Made by a program: the position numbers and the translations under genes
Shown here: positions 9,344-20,192 of the stretch, piece after piece
Position numbering within the stretch: position 1 is the stretch's first letter
Layout of the letters: each line of letters begins with the position of its first letter
The notes under the pieces: model-generated
Databases searched by the model: none
Told to the model about the DNA's origin: nothing
Seen by the model: only the letters and a program-made list of their open reading frames with translations
NCBI GenBank assembly: GCA_020632135.1
Contig: JACKGC010000002.1
Coordinates: forward strand, 3,325-67,324
From: Candidatus Nomurabacteria bacterium
GTDB taxonomy: Bacteria > Patescibacteriota > Minisyncoccia > Phycocordibacterales > UBA918
Direction: 5' to 3'
DNA: 64,000 nt

Positions 9344-9574
9344 TTAGCGGCACATGCCAGTGAAATTAAGCTCCGCCCAGAGTCGAGCAGATCGGTGTGA
9401 GCGCTGTTCAGCCTGAAGCCGGTCAAGCTCAGAGTGCTCGCTTGGTAGAGTTATACCAAACGTGGTGTGTACCGGGTTGTCGTCACAAGAGACACGACCG
9501 TAGCAGGTTAGGCTTCCGTCTGGTTTGAATCGAATACAGTGTACGACCGTGATTCGAGTTGGTGTGTGTGGCAC
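9344..9574 (-). CDS. Hypothetical small Cys-containing protein (76 aa)
   Basis: In frame with ORF-track 9344..9751, which overlaps truB. An internal GTG at 9574 is preceded by GGAGGA (complement of 9581-9586). Confidence 0.35.
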   Translation of the reverse strand: MPHTPTRITVVHCIRFKPDGSLTCYGRVSCDDNPVHTTFGITLPSEHSELDRLQAEQRSHRSARLWAELNFTGMCR

Positions 9575-9669
9575 GCTGCGTCCTCCCCGTGCAAAGCAGC
9601 AACTATAAAGAACATTTGTGCAGAAAATAGCGTGTTGTATATCGTGTGTCAATGCGCCTGTCCACGGGT

Positions 9670-10584
9670 CTAAAATACTTGCTTCCAGGTGGCAGTTATT
9701 GGGTCGAACGTTCCGATCTTGGTGCGGTGAATGTGCCAGGCGAGGCCACAAGTACCAAGACGTTCACCAATGAGGTGCGCGAGTGAGCGCATGTAGGTGC
9801 CGGAAGAGGCGGTGCAGCGGAAATGGGCGATGGTGTAGGAGTCGGGGAGGTGGACTGGGCCCGAATTGTTCTGCGTAAAATTGTTTTGGGCAATTTCGGC
9901 CCAGTCCTTCCGCACATCAACCCGCCTGAAATCATTGCCAAGGGCCTTGCGTGGGTCGGTCACTGGCGGAATAGTGTCTATTTTGTCGCGCGCTTCGCGC
10001 GCCACTTCTTCGCGCGACTTTGTTTCAACACCAGTCAACTCGAGCTCATAGATGGTCGATTCGTTGGTCGGGATCTCGATCTCATCCAACCGCCCTTCGA
10101 GTGTCCAAGTATGAAGCGGCTTGCCCTTAACTGTCTTAGAAGAAAATAGTGGATAAGGAATTGCGATGTCCCCGACCAAATCAAGTACTAACCGTTTCAG
10201 CACTTCATCTGAAAGGACCGGTGAGCCAATATCTCGTGAGGTTGTTAGACTTGGCCTAGCGGCCCGGAGCGCAACCGAAGGAGATGTTGGCTCACCGGTC
10301 ATTTCTAGACATACCTCTAGTCTTCCCAACACATCATGCGTATCTGACGAAATACCAAACAGCACCGAAAACTCATATTCCTTATCAAGTCCATGGTACT
10401 GCTCTTGTTTCTTGCACTCTTCTCCGATCAGTACGAGCAGCTTCCCTGACGCCATTGGGTCGAGGCGACCGGCGTAGGCGAGGGGAACATCTGTATAGGC
10501 GGGCGGCTGCGCCGCCCGCCACGCCTCTGCACACGCAAGCGGCGTTTCACCAACTTGCTTTTCTAAGACGATGTATTTCTCCAC
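9670..10584 (-). CDS. truB: tRNA pseudouridine synthase B-like (TruB family)
   Basis: GRLDPMASGKLLVLIG catalytic-Asp motif and the SSGTYMRSLA motif. GTG start. Confidence 0.85.
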   Translation of the reverse strand: MEKYIVLEKQVGETPLACAEAWRAAQPPAYTDVPLAYAGRLDPMASGKLLVLIGEECKKQEQYHGLDKEYEFSVLFGISSDTHDVLGRLEVCLEMTGEPTSPSVALRAARPSLTTSRDIGSPVLSDEVLKRLVLDLVGDIAIPYPLFSSKTVKGKPLHTWTLEGRLDEIEIPTNESTIYELELTGVETKSREEVAREARDKIDTIPPVTDPRKALGNDFRRVDVRKDWAEIAQNNFTQNNSGPVHLPDSYTIAHFRCTASSGTYMRSLAHLIGERLGTCGLAWHIHRTKIGTFDPITATWKQVF

Positions 10585-10753
10585 CTCGTGAGTCTACTAT
10601 CCAAACGGATTCCCGCCAAGGAATTTATTGACGATGGCGAGCAGGACAAACAAACCAATGGCGATAAGGATCACTTGCATGATCTTAGTATAACAAACCT
10701 TGCATCATATATTTGACTAATTCCAGAAAATCAACAGAATCACAGCTATCCCC

Positions 10754-10781
10754 TTGACTCTACAAAACAAAGTAGTAGTAT
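10754..10781 (+). promoter_or_regulatory. Candidate sigma70-type promoter of the V-ATPase operon
   Basis: TTGACT (10754-10759), 16-nt spacer, TAGTAT (10776-10781). Confidence 0.35.
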
Positions 10782-10837
10782 GCAGTCGCAAGACCGGCCG
10801 GGAACACTGGCGGAACTCTCAATACTCTTGCGCGCTC

Positions 10838-10893
10838 GCCAACACGCATTGTAACGTTGGCATCTACTAACGATATCAACGTTTTTTTATTTT
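10838..10893 (+). promoter_or_regulatory. Candidate leader attenuator (alternative hairpins plus a U-tract) directly upstream of the first V-ATPase gene
   Basis: Terminator-like AACGTTG (10853-10859) / CAACGTT (10877-10883) followed by TTTTTTTATTTT. It competes with GCCAAC (10838-10843) / GTTGGC (10856-10861). Confidence 0.35.
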
Positions 10894-11196
10894 ATGACCG
10901 CATTCAATGATGTCATGACCGCTGAAGCTGCTGCAGTGCAGATGATCACTAGTGCTAAGGAAGAGGTGGCTGTGGCTATTGCGACTGCTCGCAGCGCAGC
11001 AAAGACCCGAATAGAAGAAGAGAACGCCGCACTCGCTGCCGCAGCTGAAGCTGCGCGTGACGCTCATCAAAGTAAGCTCAATGGCACCATCGGTCAGTTC
11101 AAGACTGATACCGAGGCTCAGGTGGCAGCGGTCAAACAGCGGTTTGCCAGTAAGCGTGCAGAGTTTGAGAAACTCATTCTCACACGCTTTCAGTAG
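10894..11196 (+). CDS. V/A-type ATPase peripheral-stalk subunit (G/H-like), coiled-coil
   Basis: 100-aa Ala/Glu-rich helical protein in the first position of the operon, as in other prokaryotic V-type operons. Confidence 0.55.
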   Translation: MTAFNDVMTAEAAAVQMITSAKEEVAVAIATARSAAKTRIEEENAALAAAAEAARDAHQSKLNGTIGQFKTDTEAQVAAVKQRFASKRAEFEKLILTRFQ

Positions 11197-11213
11197 CATT
11201 TCATAATTTAGGT

Positions 11214-13184
11214 ATGGCAGTTGTCCCGATGCATAAAGTGAAATTGGTAGTACATACATCTGATGTAGATGCTGCCTTAGATGTGGTCCAGAAAGTCGGG
11301 GCAGTTGAATTTAAACCAACCGAACGAATTGAGGTAGTCGAGCCAGAGGTACTGTTTCCGCACGCGCAACTTTTGCCGCGTGTCCTGCACGCGGTGCAGT
11401 TTCTCGCGCCGTATGCACCGGAGCGTGGCCTGTGGCAAACCCTACGTGAAGGATCGCGAGCCGAACTGACTGAGTCGGAAGTGGTCAAGAAAATGCAGGA
11501 CGTCGATGCTGTGCGCTTGATAGTTGAAGATCTCGAGCGGTTGCAGGTGGAACACGCCGAACTCACCGAGCGGGTGCGTGAGCTCACTGAGCAGCATGAA
11601 CTATTGGCTGAGTGGAAAGGTTTACCGATTGCGCTCTCGAAACTCAATACACCACGCACCAAAACGCTCCTGGTGGAGGGTCGGGCAGCTGCTGAAGGGG
11701 AGTCGGTGGCTACTCAGCTTGAACGTGAACTGGCAGCAGCTGCAGTACCAAGTGCGCTCACTGAAGTATCAGCGACCGCCGTGGCTTTGACCATTGCAAA
11801 CGACTCCTCAGCACGAAGTGCCGCTGAGGAGGTCTGTAGTACAGTGGGTGTCAACATCGTGACTCCGCCAGCTGGTGTGGAAACCCCAGAAGTAGAGTTT
11901 ATTGCGATCTCAGAACAGCTTGCTAAGGCGAAAGGTGACCTCGCACTCTGGCTAGACCAAGCAGAACATTTTGCCATTACGCATTTTCATAATTTGCAAG
12001 TAGCTGGTGAAGTGCTCTCGTGGCAGCGCGACCGATACGCTGTTGTAGATGCTGCGGGCGCCACGAAGTACACAGTAGTTTTTGATGGTTGGCTCAATGG
12101 CAATCGAAAGGTCGCGATCGAAGCCGAGTTTCAAAAGCTTGGCCTGGCAGCGGTTTTCACCGAGGTCGAGTTGGCTGAAGATGAGGAGCCGCCAGTCGAG
12201 ATCGAAAACAGCAATTTTGTCCGACCATTTGAAGCGGTGACTCGTCTGTATGGCATGCCGGGCTACAAAGACCTCGACCCCACGGTATTCCTCGCCGGAT
12301 TCTTTTTCCTCTTCTTTGGCCTCTCGCTCACCGACGTTGGGTATGGTCTCTTTCTGATGGTGGCATCAGTCATTATTCTCACGCTCTTTAAGGTCGCGAA
12401 GCCGATCCGCCAGTTTGCGAAACTGTTGCTCTTTGTTGGTTTTGCGACTGTACTCGTCGGTGCACTCTTTGGTGGGTACTTTGGTTTGGCGCCAGAGCAA
12501 TTGCCTGAAGCACTGCAGAAGCTGGCGGTATTTGATCCGATCGGTAATCCACTACCGGTGTTCTATCTTGCGCTTGGACTCGGCGTTTTCCAGGTTATGG
12601 TCGGCCTTATGGTGAAGATCTACAGTGAATACAAAAACAATCGTCTCATGGACGGCGTGCTCGATCAGGGGCCGTGGCTCTTCCTTTTTGGTATCGGTAT
12701 CTTGTATGTGCTACAGATGGTGGAGTATGTTGACTTACTATCGACCAAGCAAATTATCAATCTTGCCTATGTTGGTGTTGCGATGGTAGCGATCTTCAGT
12801 GCACGTCACGGCAGCGGTATCTTCGGTAAGATCCAGTCTGCTGCCGGTGCGCTCTATGGCAGTATTGGCTACTTCTCAGATATTCTGTCGTACTCACGTT
12901 TGTTGGCGCTGGGTCTCGCGACCACCGCACTCGCGTTTGCGGTCAACCTCATCGCCAGCATGATATTTGATAAGGAATCCATTATCACTTGGATCTTTGC
13001 TGGCCTCGTGCTCCTTATTGGTCACGTCTTCACCCTCGCAGTGAACACGCTTGGCGCTTTTATTCACAGTGCACGTCTGCAGTTCGTGGAGTTCTTCGGG
13101 AAGTTCATTGTCGGGACTGGTCGCGAATTTAAGCCGCTCATGCGCAGCGAAAGGCATGTGATCGTCGTCGACGACACAAAATAG
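11214..13184 (+). CDS. ntpI: V-type ATPase subunit I (a-subunit)
   Basis: 656 aa: soluble coiled-coil N-terminal half plus a polytopic C-terminal half, with the SYSRLLALGLAT motif containing the conserved Arg. Confidence 0.9.
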   Translation: MAVVPMHKVKLVVHTSDVDAALDVVQKVGAVEFKPTERIEVVEPEVLFPHAQLLPRVLHAVQFLAPYAPERGLWQTLREGSRAELTESEVVKKMQDVDAVRLIVEDLERLQVEHAELTERVRELTEQHELLAEWKGLPIALSKLNTPRTKTLLVEGRAAAEGESVATQLERELAAAAVPSALTEVSATAVALTIANDSSARSAAEEVCSTVGVNIVTPPAGVETPEVEFIAISEQLAKAKGDLALWLDQAEHFAITHFHNLQVAGEVLSWQRDRYAVVDAAGATKYTVVFDGWLNGNRKVAIEAEFQKLGLAAVFTEVELAEDEEPPVEIENSNFVRPFEAVTRLYGMPGYKDLDPTVFLAGFFFLFFGLSLTDVGYGLFLMVASVIILTLFKVAKPIRQFAKLLLFVGFATVLVGALFGGYFGLAPEQLPEALQKLAVFDPIGNPLPVFYLALGLGVFQVMVGLMVKIYSEYKNNRLMDGVLDQGPWLFLFGIGILYVLQMVEYVDLLSTKQIINLAYVGVAMVAIFSARHGSGIFGKIQSAAGALYGSIGYFSDILSYSRLLALGLATTALAFAVNLIASMIFDKESIITWIFAGLVLLIGHVFTLAVNTLGAFIHSARLQFVEFFGKFIVGTGREFKPLMRSERHVIVVDDTK

Positions 13185-13197
13185 TCGAGCGCGCCGC

Positions 13198-13250
13198 AAG
13201 GCATCTCACTGCGCATATCAGTTAAGTAGATCTGAGCAGTGAGATGCCTT
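13198..13250 (+). other. Intra-operon hairpin (perfect 15-bp stem) between ntpI and ntpK
   Basis: AAGGCATCTCACTGC (13198-13212) pairs with GCAGTGAGATGCCTT (13236-13250). Confidence 0.5.
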
Positions 13251-13289
13251 CCAGGCAGGGGGAATCATTAACGAAATTAATACATTTAA

Positions 13290-13778
<489 letters not shown>

Positions 13779-13790
13779 AGTCACTATTTC

Positions 13791-14366
13791 GTGCCTATGT
13801 CACACAACACCTTACTAGAAAAGATCCAAACTGACGTTGCTGCAGAAATTGATGCTATCAAGGCTGCTGGTGCGGCAGAGGTGGCCAAGATCGAAGCAGA
13901 GACCGAACAGGCGATCCAAACACTGCGGGTGACGCATACCGTTGCGCTTGAGAAGGAGCTGGCACAGCAGGAACTCGTTGTTATTTCTAAAGCCAAGCAA
14001 GCGGGCAAGATTGCCCTGCAGAGCGCGAAGCGCGCTGAGATTGACGACCTATTCGTGACCATTGAGAAGGAGCTGGCGGGACAAGCGGCTGAGGGCTACG
14101 TGCATCTCTTTAGCAAGTATGCTTCGAGCATCATTCCAGCCGGTGTCGTGGTTACCAAAGTTGTCGCGCCGGAGTCTCGTGTCAGTGAAACGGCAGAGAT
14201 ACTTAAGGCAGCCGGCGTGGTAGCAGAGGTGACTCCCGATGCACGCATTGGTGCAGGCTTCATCCTGTACACTGCTGATGGTGTCTACGATGTGACGCTG
14301 GCACGCATCATGAGTGAAGCTCGAGTGGAGATCGAGATGGAAGTGGTCCAAACCGTAATGGCGTAA
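13791..14366 (+). CDS. ntpE: V-type ATPase subunit E
   Basis: 191 aa with an N-terminal long helix (AEIDAIKAAGAAEVAKIEAETEQ). Operon position fits. Confidence 0.8.
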   Translation: MPMSHNTLLEKIQTDVAAEIDAIKAAGAAEVAKIEAETEQAIQTLRVTHTVALEKELAQQELVVISKAKQAGKIALQSAKRAEIDDLFVTIEKELAGQAAEGYVHLFSKYASSIIPAGVVVTKVVAPESRVSETAEILKAAGVVAEVTPDARIGAGFILYTADGVYDVTLARIMSEARVEIEMEVVQTVMA

Positions 14367-14375
14367 TACAGCAGT

Positions 14376-15362
14376 ATGCAAACCTCGTACATCTACAGTG
14401 CTAGCCGCGTGAATGCGCTTACCCAATTCTTGCTCAGCAAGACGGATATTGAGCGGCTACTCGTTGCTGACCCTGGCGAGGAGCTCCAGTCTGCATTGAA
14501 AGAAACGTACCTGGCGCCGTACGTGGTGCGGGTGCCTGATGAGAGCGTGCCGCTCGCGATCGAGCAGACACTCATCGATGCGAAGCGGTTGATTCACCGC
14601 ATCACCCCACAAGGGGACATGTTCCGGATCATGTGGGTACAGTATGACATTCACAATCTCCGTGTGTTCGCCAAAGCTCGTGTCGCCGGACTCACCTATG
14701 AAGCGTGTGATCCATACCTCTCAAAGCGTGGTATCTACGAACCCGACTATCTCTTTAAGCATGTTGAGAATGATTCCCTCGATTTCTTGCAACCTGAGTG
14801 GCAGGCTGGTTTCGCTCGCGCGGTTGAGTCGGCCAAAGACGGTGACCTCGGCCGAATCGATAGTGTACTCGATGACCTGTACTTCATCACCGCAAAGCGC
14901 ATTGTCGCCACTCTTGGTGACGACTTTATGAAGCGGTATCTTGCTACCCTCATTGACCTCTATAATCTCAAAAGTCGACTACGGCACCTCACCAATACTG
15001 AAGTGAGTTTCACTCCGGCGTTTGTGGAAGGAGGTTCGTTCGTGGCTGAGCATATTGAAACACTCGAAGATACGCTCGCACTCTTTCATCGCTTTGGTGG
15101 TGAAGGTTTCTGGAAGGATGCATTGCAGTATTTCACTGAAACTGGCAATTTTACTCGCATCGACGCTCGGGCAGCTGAGTATCTACTTATCACGGCGAAG
15201 GAAGGGAGTTACGATATGTTCTCCTCAGCCTCGCTGGTACTCTACTACCTCAAGTGCCGCCAGGCAGCTGCCAATGTGCGCACGATCGTAGTCGGGAAGA
15301 ACAACGGACTCAGTCTGGAAGATATTCGCACTAATTTACGCATGGCCTATGTCAACGACTAA
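14376..15362 (+). CDS. ntpC: V-type ATPase subunit C (d-subunit)
   Basis: 328 aa; operon position; YDIHNLRVFAKA-type motif. Confidence 0.85.
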   Translation: MQTSYIYSASRVNALTQFLLSKTDIERLLVADPGEELQSALKETYLAPYVVRVPDESVPLAIEQTLIDAKRLIHRITPQGDMFRIMWVQYDIHNLRVFAKARVAGLTYEACDPYLSKRGIYEPDYLFKHVENDSLDFLQPEWQAGFARAVESAKDGDLGRIDSVLDDLYFITAKRIVATLGDDFMKRYLATLIDLYNLKSRLRHLTNTEVSFTPAFVEGGSFVAEHIETLEDTLALFHRFGGEGFWKDALQYFTETGNFTRIDARAAEYLLITAKEGSYDMFSSASLVLYYLKCRQAAANVRTIVVGKNNGLSLEDIRTNLRMAYVND

Positions 15363-15702
15363 CAACGAGTATAGAATCGCAATTGTTGGACCGGCCGACA
15401 CGGTATCTGGCTTCAAGGCGCTTGGAGTGGAGCCGTTTGCGGCTGCTGATGCTGAAGAGGCGCTTGAGCAACTCCGTCACATCAAGCAGCAAACACTCGA
15501 CCCTGAATCAAAGCAGAAGTATGCGATCGTGTGCATTATTGAAGACTTGGTGGCACTTGTTGATCAGGCTGAGTATGCGAAGGTAGTGGCGGGTGCGCTG
15601 CCGGCAGTCGTACTCTTGCCCGGACCTGAGGGCAGTAGCGGCTTTGCGATCGAGCGCTTGCGACGATTGGCGGAGCAGGCGGTTGGGTCGGCCATTATTT
15701 AG
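15349..15702 (+). CDS. V-type ATPase subunit F
   Basis: 117 aa with the IAIVGPADTVSGFKALGV N-terminus typical of subunit F. Overlaps ntpC by 14 nt. Confidence 0.85.
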   Translation: MSTTNNEYRIAIVGPADTVSGFKALGVEPFAAADAEEALEQLRHIKQQTLDPESKQKYAIVCIIEDLVALVDQAEYAKVVAGALPAVVLLPGPEGSSGFAIERLRRLAEQAVGSAII

Positions 15703-15706
15703 AGGT

Positions 15707-15731
15707 TGCGGCGGGCCGAAGGCCCGCCGCA
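15707..15731 (+). other. GC-rich intra-operon hairpin without a U-tract
   Basis: TGCGGCGGGCC-gaa-GGCCCGCCGCA immediately after the subunit F stop. A 137-nt gap follows before ntpA. Confidence 0.5.
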
Positions 15732-15838
15732 GAGACACATGCAGTAAGCATGTGATGAGCGTATCTCATTGAGATTCATTCATCACATTCTTTCTGGGAA
15801 GATCGAATGATTATTAAACTTAGAAGAAATTATTATTT

Positions 15839-17620
15839 ATGACGAACGAAACGAAAGACATCAAAGCGGGAGTGATCGAACGAGTCACAGGCCCTTTGGT
15901 GCGCGCCAACGGTATGAGTGAAGCCAAGCTCTACGAGGTGGTGAAAGTATCAGACGAGAAATTGCTCGGTGAGATCATCGAACTCCATGGTGACGTGGCG
16001 GCGATTCAGGTCTACGAAGAGACGGCAGGCATTGGCCCAGGAGACGTGGTCTATCGTACCGGACGCACGATGTCAGCTGCATTGGCGCCAGGACTCTTGG
16101 AGTCTATCTATGACGGTGTGCAACGACCGCTGAAAGATATTCAGGCTGCGTCTGGTGACTGCTACATCAAGCGCGGCATTGAAGCGCAGCCGATCGATCT
16201 TGAAAAGAAGTGGAGCTTCAAGCCAACTGTGAAAGTGGGTGACAAGGTACAGGAAGGTGACGTGCTCGGTGAAGTACAAGAAACCACACTCATCATGCAC
16301 AAGGTTATGGTGCCGCCAGGCGAAGGGGGAGTAGTTGCAACCATTCAAAGTGGTGATTTCAACGTCACGGAAATGATCGCTACGCTCACTCGTGATGACG
16401 ATTCAGTAGCGTCAATTGCGATGCTGCAATACTGGCCGATTCGTGCCGCTCGTCCAAAGACCAGTAAGATCTTCCCAGCGGAACCACTCCGCACTGGTGG
16501 TCGTTCGATCGACACTTTCTTCCCGATCGCAAAGGGTGGTGCCGGGTGTATTCCTGGTCCATTTGGTGCAGGCAAGACGGTAACGCAGCAGTCGATCGCG
16601 AAATTCTGTGACGCGGAGATCATCGTGTATATCGGGTGTGGTGAGCGCGGAAACGAGATGACAGAAGTGCTCGATGAATTCCCGCACCTCATCGACCCAA
16701 ACAGTGGTGAACCGCTCATGAAGCGAACGATCCTCATTGCGAACACCTCAAATATGCCAGTAGCAGCGCGTGAGGCATCGGTTTACACTGGCATCACCAT
16801 CGCCGAGTACTACCGTGACATGGGATACAACGTGGCGCTCATGGCTGACTCAACCTCACGTTGGGCTGAGGCGATGCGAGAAATTTCAGGCCGCCTAGAA
16901 GAAATGCCGGGTGAGGAAGGCTACCCAGCGTACCTCTCATCACGTACTGCAGAATTCTACGAGCGCGCTGGTATCGTGAAGGCACTCGGTAGTGATGATC
17001 GTGTTGGATCACTCACGGTGATCGGTGCGGTATCGCCACCAGGTGGAGACCTCTCTGAGCCAGTATCGCAGGCAACACTCCGCGTCACGAAGACCTTCTG
17101 GTCACTTGATGCTGACCTCGCATACAAGAAGCACTTCCCATCGATCAACTGGCTCAACTCATACTCACTTTACGCCCAGAACTTTGAGGGGTATTGGAAA
17201 GAGCAGATCGCTGAAGATTTTGCTGAGGTTCGCACTACCGCGATGACCCTGCTTGAAAAGGAATCGAAGCTCCTTGAGATCGTTCGGCTCGTGGGTATGG
17301 AGTCTCTCAGTAACGGTGACCGTCTTATTCTCGAAGTGGCGCGTATGATCCGGGAAGACTTCCTGTTCCAAAACGCCTTTGACAAGGATGATGCGTATAC
17401 ACCACTTGAGCGGCAGTATGGCATTCTTAGATCGATCGTGAGCATATTTGAGGTAGCACAGGAAGTGATCGACCAACCTGAGTTTGAGTTTGCGACTCTG
17501 ACCGCTATCCCAAGCTTTGCAGAAATTGCTCGCCTCAAAGACAAACTCCAGTGGACAAAGGATGATTATCAGAAATTCCAAGATACGCTCCGCGCCGAGA
17601 TCAGCGCTCTAATCGCGTAA
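15839..17620 (+). CDS. ntpA: V-type ATPase catalytic subunit A
   Basis: Walker [10 protein letters not shown] and the V/A-type non-homologous insert. Length 593 aa. Confidence 0.97.
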   Translation: MTNETKDIKAGVIERVTGPLVRANGMSEAKLYEVVKVSDEKLLGEIIELHGDVAAIQVYEETAGIGPGDVVYRTGRTMSAALAPGLLESIYDGVQRPLKDIQAASGDCYIKRGIEAQPIDLEKKWSFKPTVKVGDKVQEGDVLGEVQETTLIMHKVMVPPGEGGVVATIQSGDFNVTEMIATLTRDDDSVASIAMLQYWPIRAARPKTSKIFPAEPLRTGGRSIDTFFPIAKGGAGCIPGPFGAGKTVTQQSIAKFCDAEIIVYIGCGERGNEMTEVLDEFPHLIDPNSGEPLMKRTILIANTSNMPVAAREASVYTGITIAEYYRDMGYNVALMADSTSRWAEAMREISGRLEEMPGEEGYPAYLSSRTAEFYERAGIVKALGSDDRVGSLTVIGAVSPPGGDLSEPVSQATLRVTKTFWSLDADLAYKKHFPSINWLNSYSLYAQNFEGYWKEQIAEDFAEVRTTAMTLLEKESKLLEIVRLVGMESLSNGDRLILEVARMIREDFLFQNAFDKDDAYTPLERQYGILRSIVSIFEVAQEVIDQPEFEFATLTAIPSFAEIARLKDKLQWTKDDYQKFQDTLRAEISALIA

Positions 17621-17634
17621 GTAACGTACGAAAT

Positions 17635-19029
17635 ATGAGTAACAAAGAATACACAGACATTTCTTCGATTGCCGGACCGCTCATGGTGGTGGAAGGGGTT
17701 GAGGGAGTGAAGTATGAAGAGCTGGTTGAGGTGAATGTGGCTGGTGAGAATGTGCCACGCTTCGGCAAGGTGCTCGATATTGCTAAAGACAAAGCGGTAG
17801 TGCAGATGTTTGCCTCAACTACGGGTATGACCGCAGAGGGAACCCGCGCACGTTTCCGTGGCGAAACCCTCAAGCTTGGTGTGTCTGAGGACATGCTGGG
17901 TCGCGTGTTCAACGGTGCTGGTGAGGTAGCTGACGGTGGTCCGGAGATCGTGCCGGAGCAACGACGCGACATTGCCGGTGAGCCGATCAATCCATACTCA
18001 CGTGAGTTCCCAAACGACTTCATCCAAACGGGGGTATCATCGATCGACGTCATGAACACGCTCGTACGTGGCCAGAAGCTTCCAATTTTCTCCGGAGCTG
18101 GTCTCCCACACTCACGACTCGCGGCACAGATCGCGCGACAGGCTTCGGTAAAGGACGGAAGCGACTTCGCGATCGTCTTTGCAACCCTGGGTGTGTCCTT
18201 TGAGGAAGCTGAATACTTCCGCCGAGAATTCGAAGAGGCAGGCGCACTTGAGCGTTCAGTACTCTTCATCAACACTGCCGCCGACCCAGTGGTTGAGCGT
18301 GTGTCGACGCCGCGCATGGCGCTCACAACCGCAGAGTACCTTGCCTTTGAAAAGGGTAAGCACGTGCTCGTGATCCTTACCGACCTCACCAACTACTGTG
18401 AAGCACTTCGTGAAGTGTCTTCAGCTCGTAAGGAGGTGCCAGGTCGTCGTGGCTACCCAGGGTATCTCTACACCGACCTTTCAACTATTTACGAGCGAGC
18501 TGGTCGTGTGAAAGGCAAGCAGGGAACCATCACGCAGATCCCGATCCTCACCATGCCGGACGATGACAAGACCCACCCAGTGCCGGACCTTACCGGCTAC
18601 ATCACTGAAGGGCAGTTCGTGGTATCGCGCGAACTCTACCGCAAGGGCGTTTTTCCGCCGGTAGATGTACAGGGTTCACTCTCACGCCTCTGGTCTGCCG
18701 GAGTGGGTGAAGGGAAGACTCGCGCCGATCACTCGGCCCTCAAGGACCAGCTCTTTGCATCATACGCAACTGGTCGTGAAGTGCGTGAGCTCGCGGTGGT
18801 GCTCGGTGAAGCGTCGCTCGACGATACTGACCGTGCTCACCTTAAGTTCGCTGATGCGTTCGAACGAGAGTTTGTAGGGCAGGGAGAGTTTGAAAATCGC
18901 TCGGTGGAGGAATCTCTCGACCTTGGCTGGAAGCTCCTCACTATGCTCCCACGCACCTCACTAAAGCGTGTGAAGCCAGAGCAAATTGATAAGCATATGT
19001 CATCTGTAAGCTCGGAAGAAAAGATATAG
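17635..19029 (+). CDS. ntpB: V-type ATPase subunit B
   Basis: 464 aa with the typical B-subunit motifs SGAGLPH and YPGYLYTDL. Confidence 0.97.
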   Translation: MSNKEYTDISSIAGPLMVVEGVEGVKYEELVEVNVAGENVPRFGKVLDIAKDKAVVQMFASTTGMTAEGTRARFRGETLKLGVSEDMLGRVFNGAGEVADGGPEIVPEQRRDIAGEPINPYSREFPNDFIQTGVSSIDVMNTLVRGQKLPIFSGAGLPHSRLAAQIARQASVKDGSDFAIVFATLGVSFEEAEYFRREFEEAGALERSVLFINTAADPVVERVSTPRMALTTAEYLAFEKGKHVLVILTDLTNYCEALREVSSARKEVPGRRGYPGYLYTDLSTIYERAGRVKGKQGTITQIPILTMPDDDKTHPVPDLTGYITEGQFVVSRELYRKGVFPPVDVQGSLSRLWSAGVGEGKTRADHSALKDQLFASYATGREVRELAVVLGEASLDDTDRAHLKFADAFEREFVGQGEFENRSVEESLDLGWKLLTMLPRTSLKRVKPEQIDKHMSSVSSEEKI

Positions 19030-19169
19030 TATTTATTGGAGCGTTCCAGGAATTTGCGGCGGGGAAAAGCCTGAGCTTTGCATACAGAAAATACATTCGC
19101 AAGCTCATTATTTTCCAGCAAAATTCGGAACTAAATTCATAATATGCCCTTCAGGCATTTATTCATTCA

Positions 19170-19805
19170 ATGGCAATCCTCAAAGTCAACCCAACCCGAG
19201 TCTCACTCCTTCGTCTCAAGAAGGAATTAAAGACTGCGCAAAAGGGACATAAACTTCTCAAAGACAAGCGAGACGGACTCGTGAAGAAGTTCATGGCGAT
19301 CATTCACGAGACCAAGGCTTTGCGTGAGAGCGTGGAGGAGCGGCTCGGTTCAGCGTTTGATTCATATGCTCGAGCGAGTGGTATGGCTTCAGCGGCAGCA
19401 CTCAACACCGCCTTCATGGTGCCAAACGCCAAGATCGACCTGGGAGTCAAGATCAACAGTGTCATGTCAGTCAAGATCCCTGAATTTGAGATTGAAAAGA
19501 AAGGGTCTGCTTTTTCGTACGGTATGCTCGAAACGACCGGTGACCTCGATAACGCCATGGTGAAGTTCGATGCGGTGTTTGTTGATATTTTGAAACTGGC
19601 AGAGTTGGAAAAGACCGCCGAAAACTTGGCAGCGGAAATTGAAAAGACCCGTCGGCGCGTGTCTGCTCTTGAGAACGTACGTATTCCAAACCTCAATGAC
19701 ACGATCAAGTTCATCACCATGCAGCTCGATGAACGCAACCGCGACGCGGTAGTCTCTACTATGCGCGTGAAGGCGATGATCGTGGCGAAGGAGACCTCTG
19801 AGTAG
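19170..19805 (+). CDS. ntpD: V-type ATPase subunit D
   Basis: MAILKVNPTRVSLLRLKKELKTAQKGHKLLKDKRD is the canonical subunit D N-terminus. Confidence 0.95.
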   Translation: MAILKVNPTRVSLLRLKKELKTAQKGHKLLKDKRDGLVKKFMAIIHETKALRESVEERLGSAFDSYARASGMASAAALNTAFMVPNAKIDLGVKINSVMSVKIPEFEIEKKGSAFSYGMLETTGDLDNAMVKFDAVFVDILKLAELEKTAENLAAEIEKTRRRVSALENVRIPNLNDTIKFITMQLDERNRDAVVSTMRVKAMIVAKETSE

Positions 19806-19840
19806 ACAACCGAAAGTAGTAAACTGAGAGGAGTAAAAAG

Positions 19841-19868
19841 ACAGCCCGACGTATGTCGGGCTGTGTTT
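19841..19868. terminator. Bidirectional terminator
   Basis: ACAGCCCGAC-gtat-GTCGGGCTGT. A-run upstream and GTTT downstream. Confidence 0.7.
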
Positions 19869-19873
19869 GGATA

Positions 19874-20140
19874 CTACAAGTTGTCTGCATTACTGATTGT
19901 CGCACGTGTCAGTGCTCGTACTGTAAAACCGTAACAGTACTCGTTGGTCGGGTCGGGTGTGACTGACCCGGCTTCAAACAGGTACAGATCGCAGCCGTTA
20001 ATGGTGATCAAGCCAGGGAACGACCAGTCGATCTCCTGCGCTGGTCCAGGGAACTTGATCAGCTGGTTGTTGATGGTGAGCTCAGCCGTCTGAGCTATAC
20101 CGGCAATGCAGAGAGAAAGAACAAGTAGGACAGATCTCAT
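19874..20140 (-). CDS. Small secreted hypothetical protein
   Basis: Signal-peptide-like MRSVLLVLSLCIAGIAQTA. AGGAGG lies 8 nt upstream of ATG 20140. Confidence 0.5.
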   Translation of the reverse strand: MRSVLLVLSLCIAGIAQTAELTINNQLIKFPGPAQEIDWSFPGLITINGCDLYLFEAGSVTPDPTNEYCYGFTVRALTRATISNADNL

Positions 20141-20192
20141 GTGTAGCACCTCCTGTAGTGCCTCTTTGTCATCTCATATTTGTGAGTAAAAA

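Noticed and set aside
10597-10680. 27-aa hydrophobic minus-strand mini-ORF (MQVILIAIGLFVLLAIVNKFLGGNPFG) just upstream of truB
   Set aside because: It could be a small membrane peptide, but it has no clear RBS and I cannot assess conservation here. It is too short to call.
17601-18392. 263-aa minus-strand ORF (Ser/Arg/Thr-rich)
   Set aside because: It is antisense to ntpB, which has unambiguous V-ATPase B-subunit sequence.
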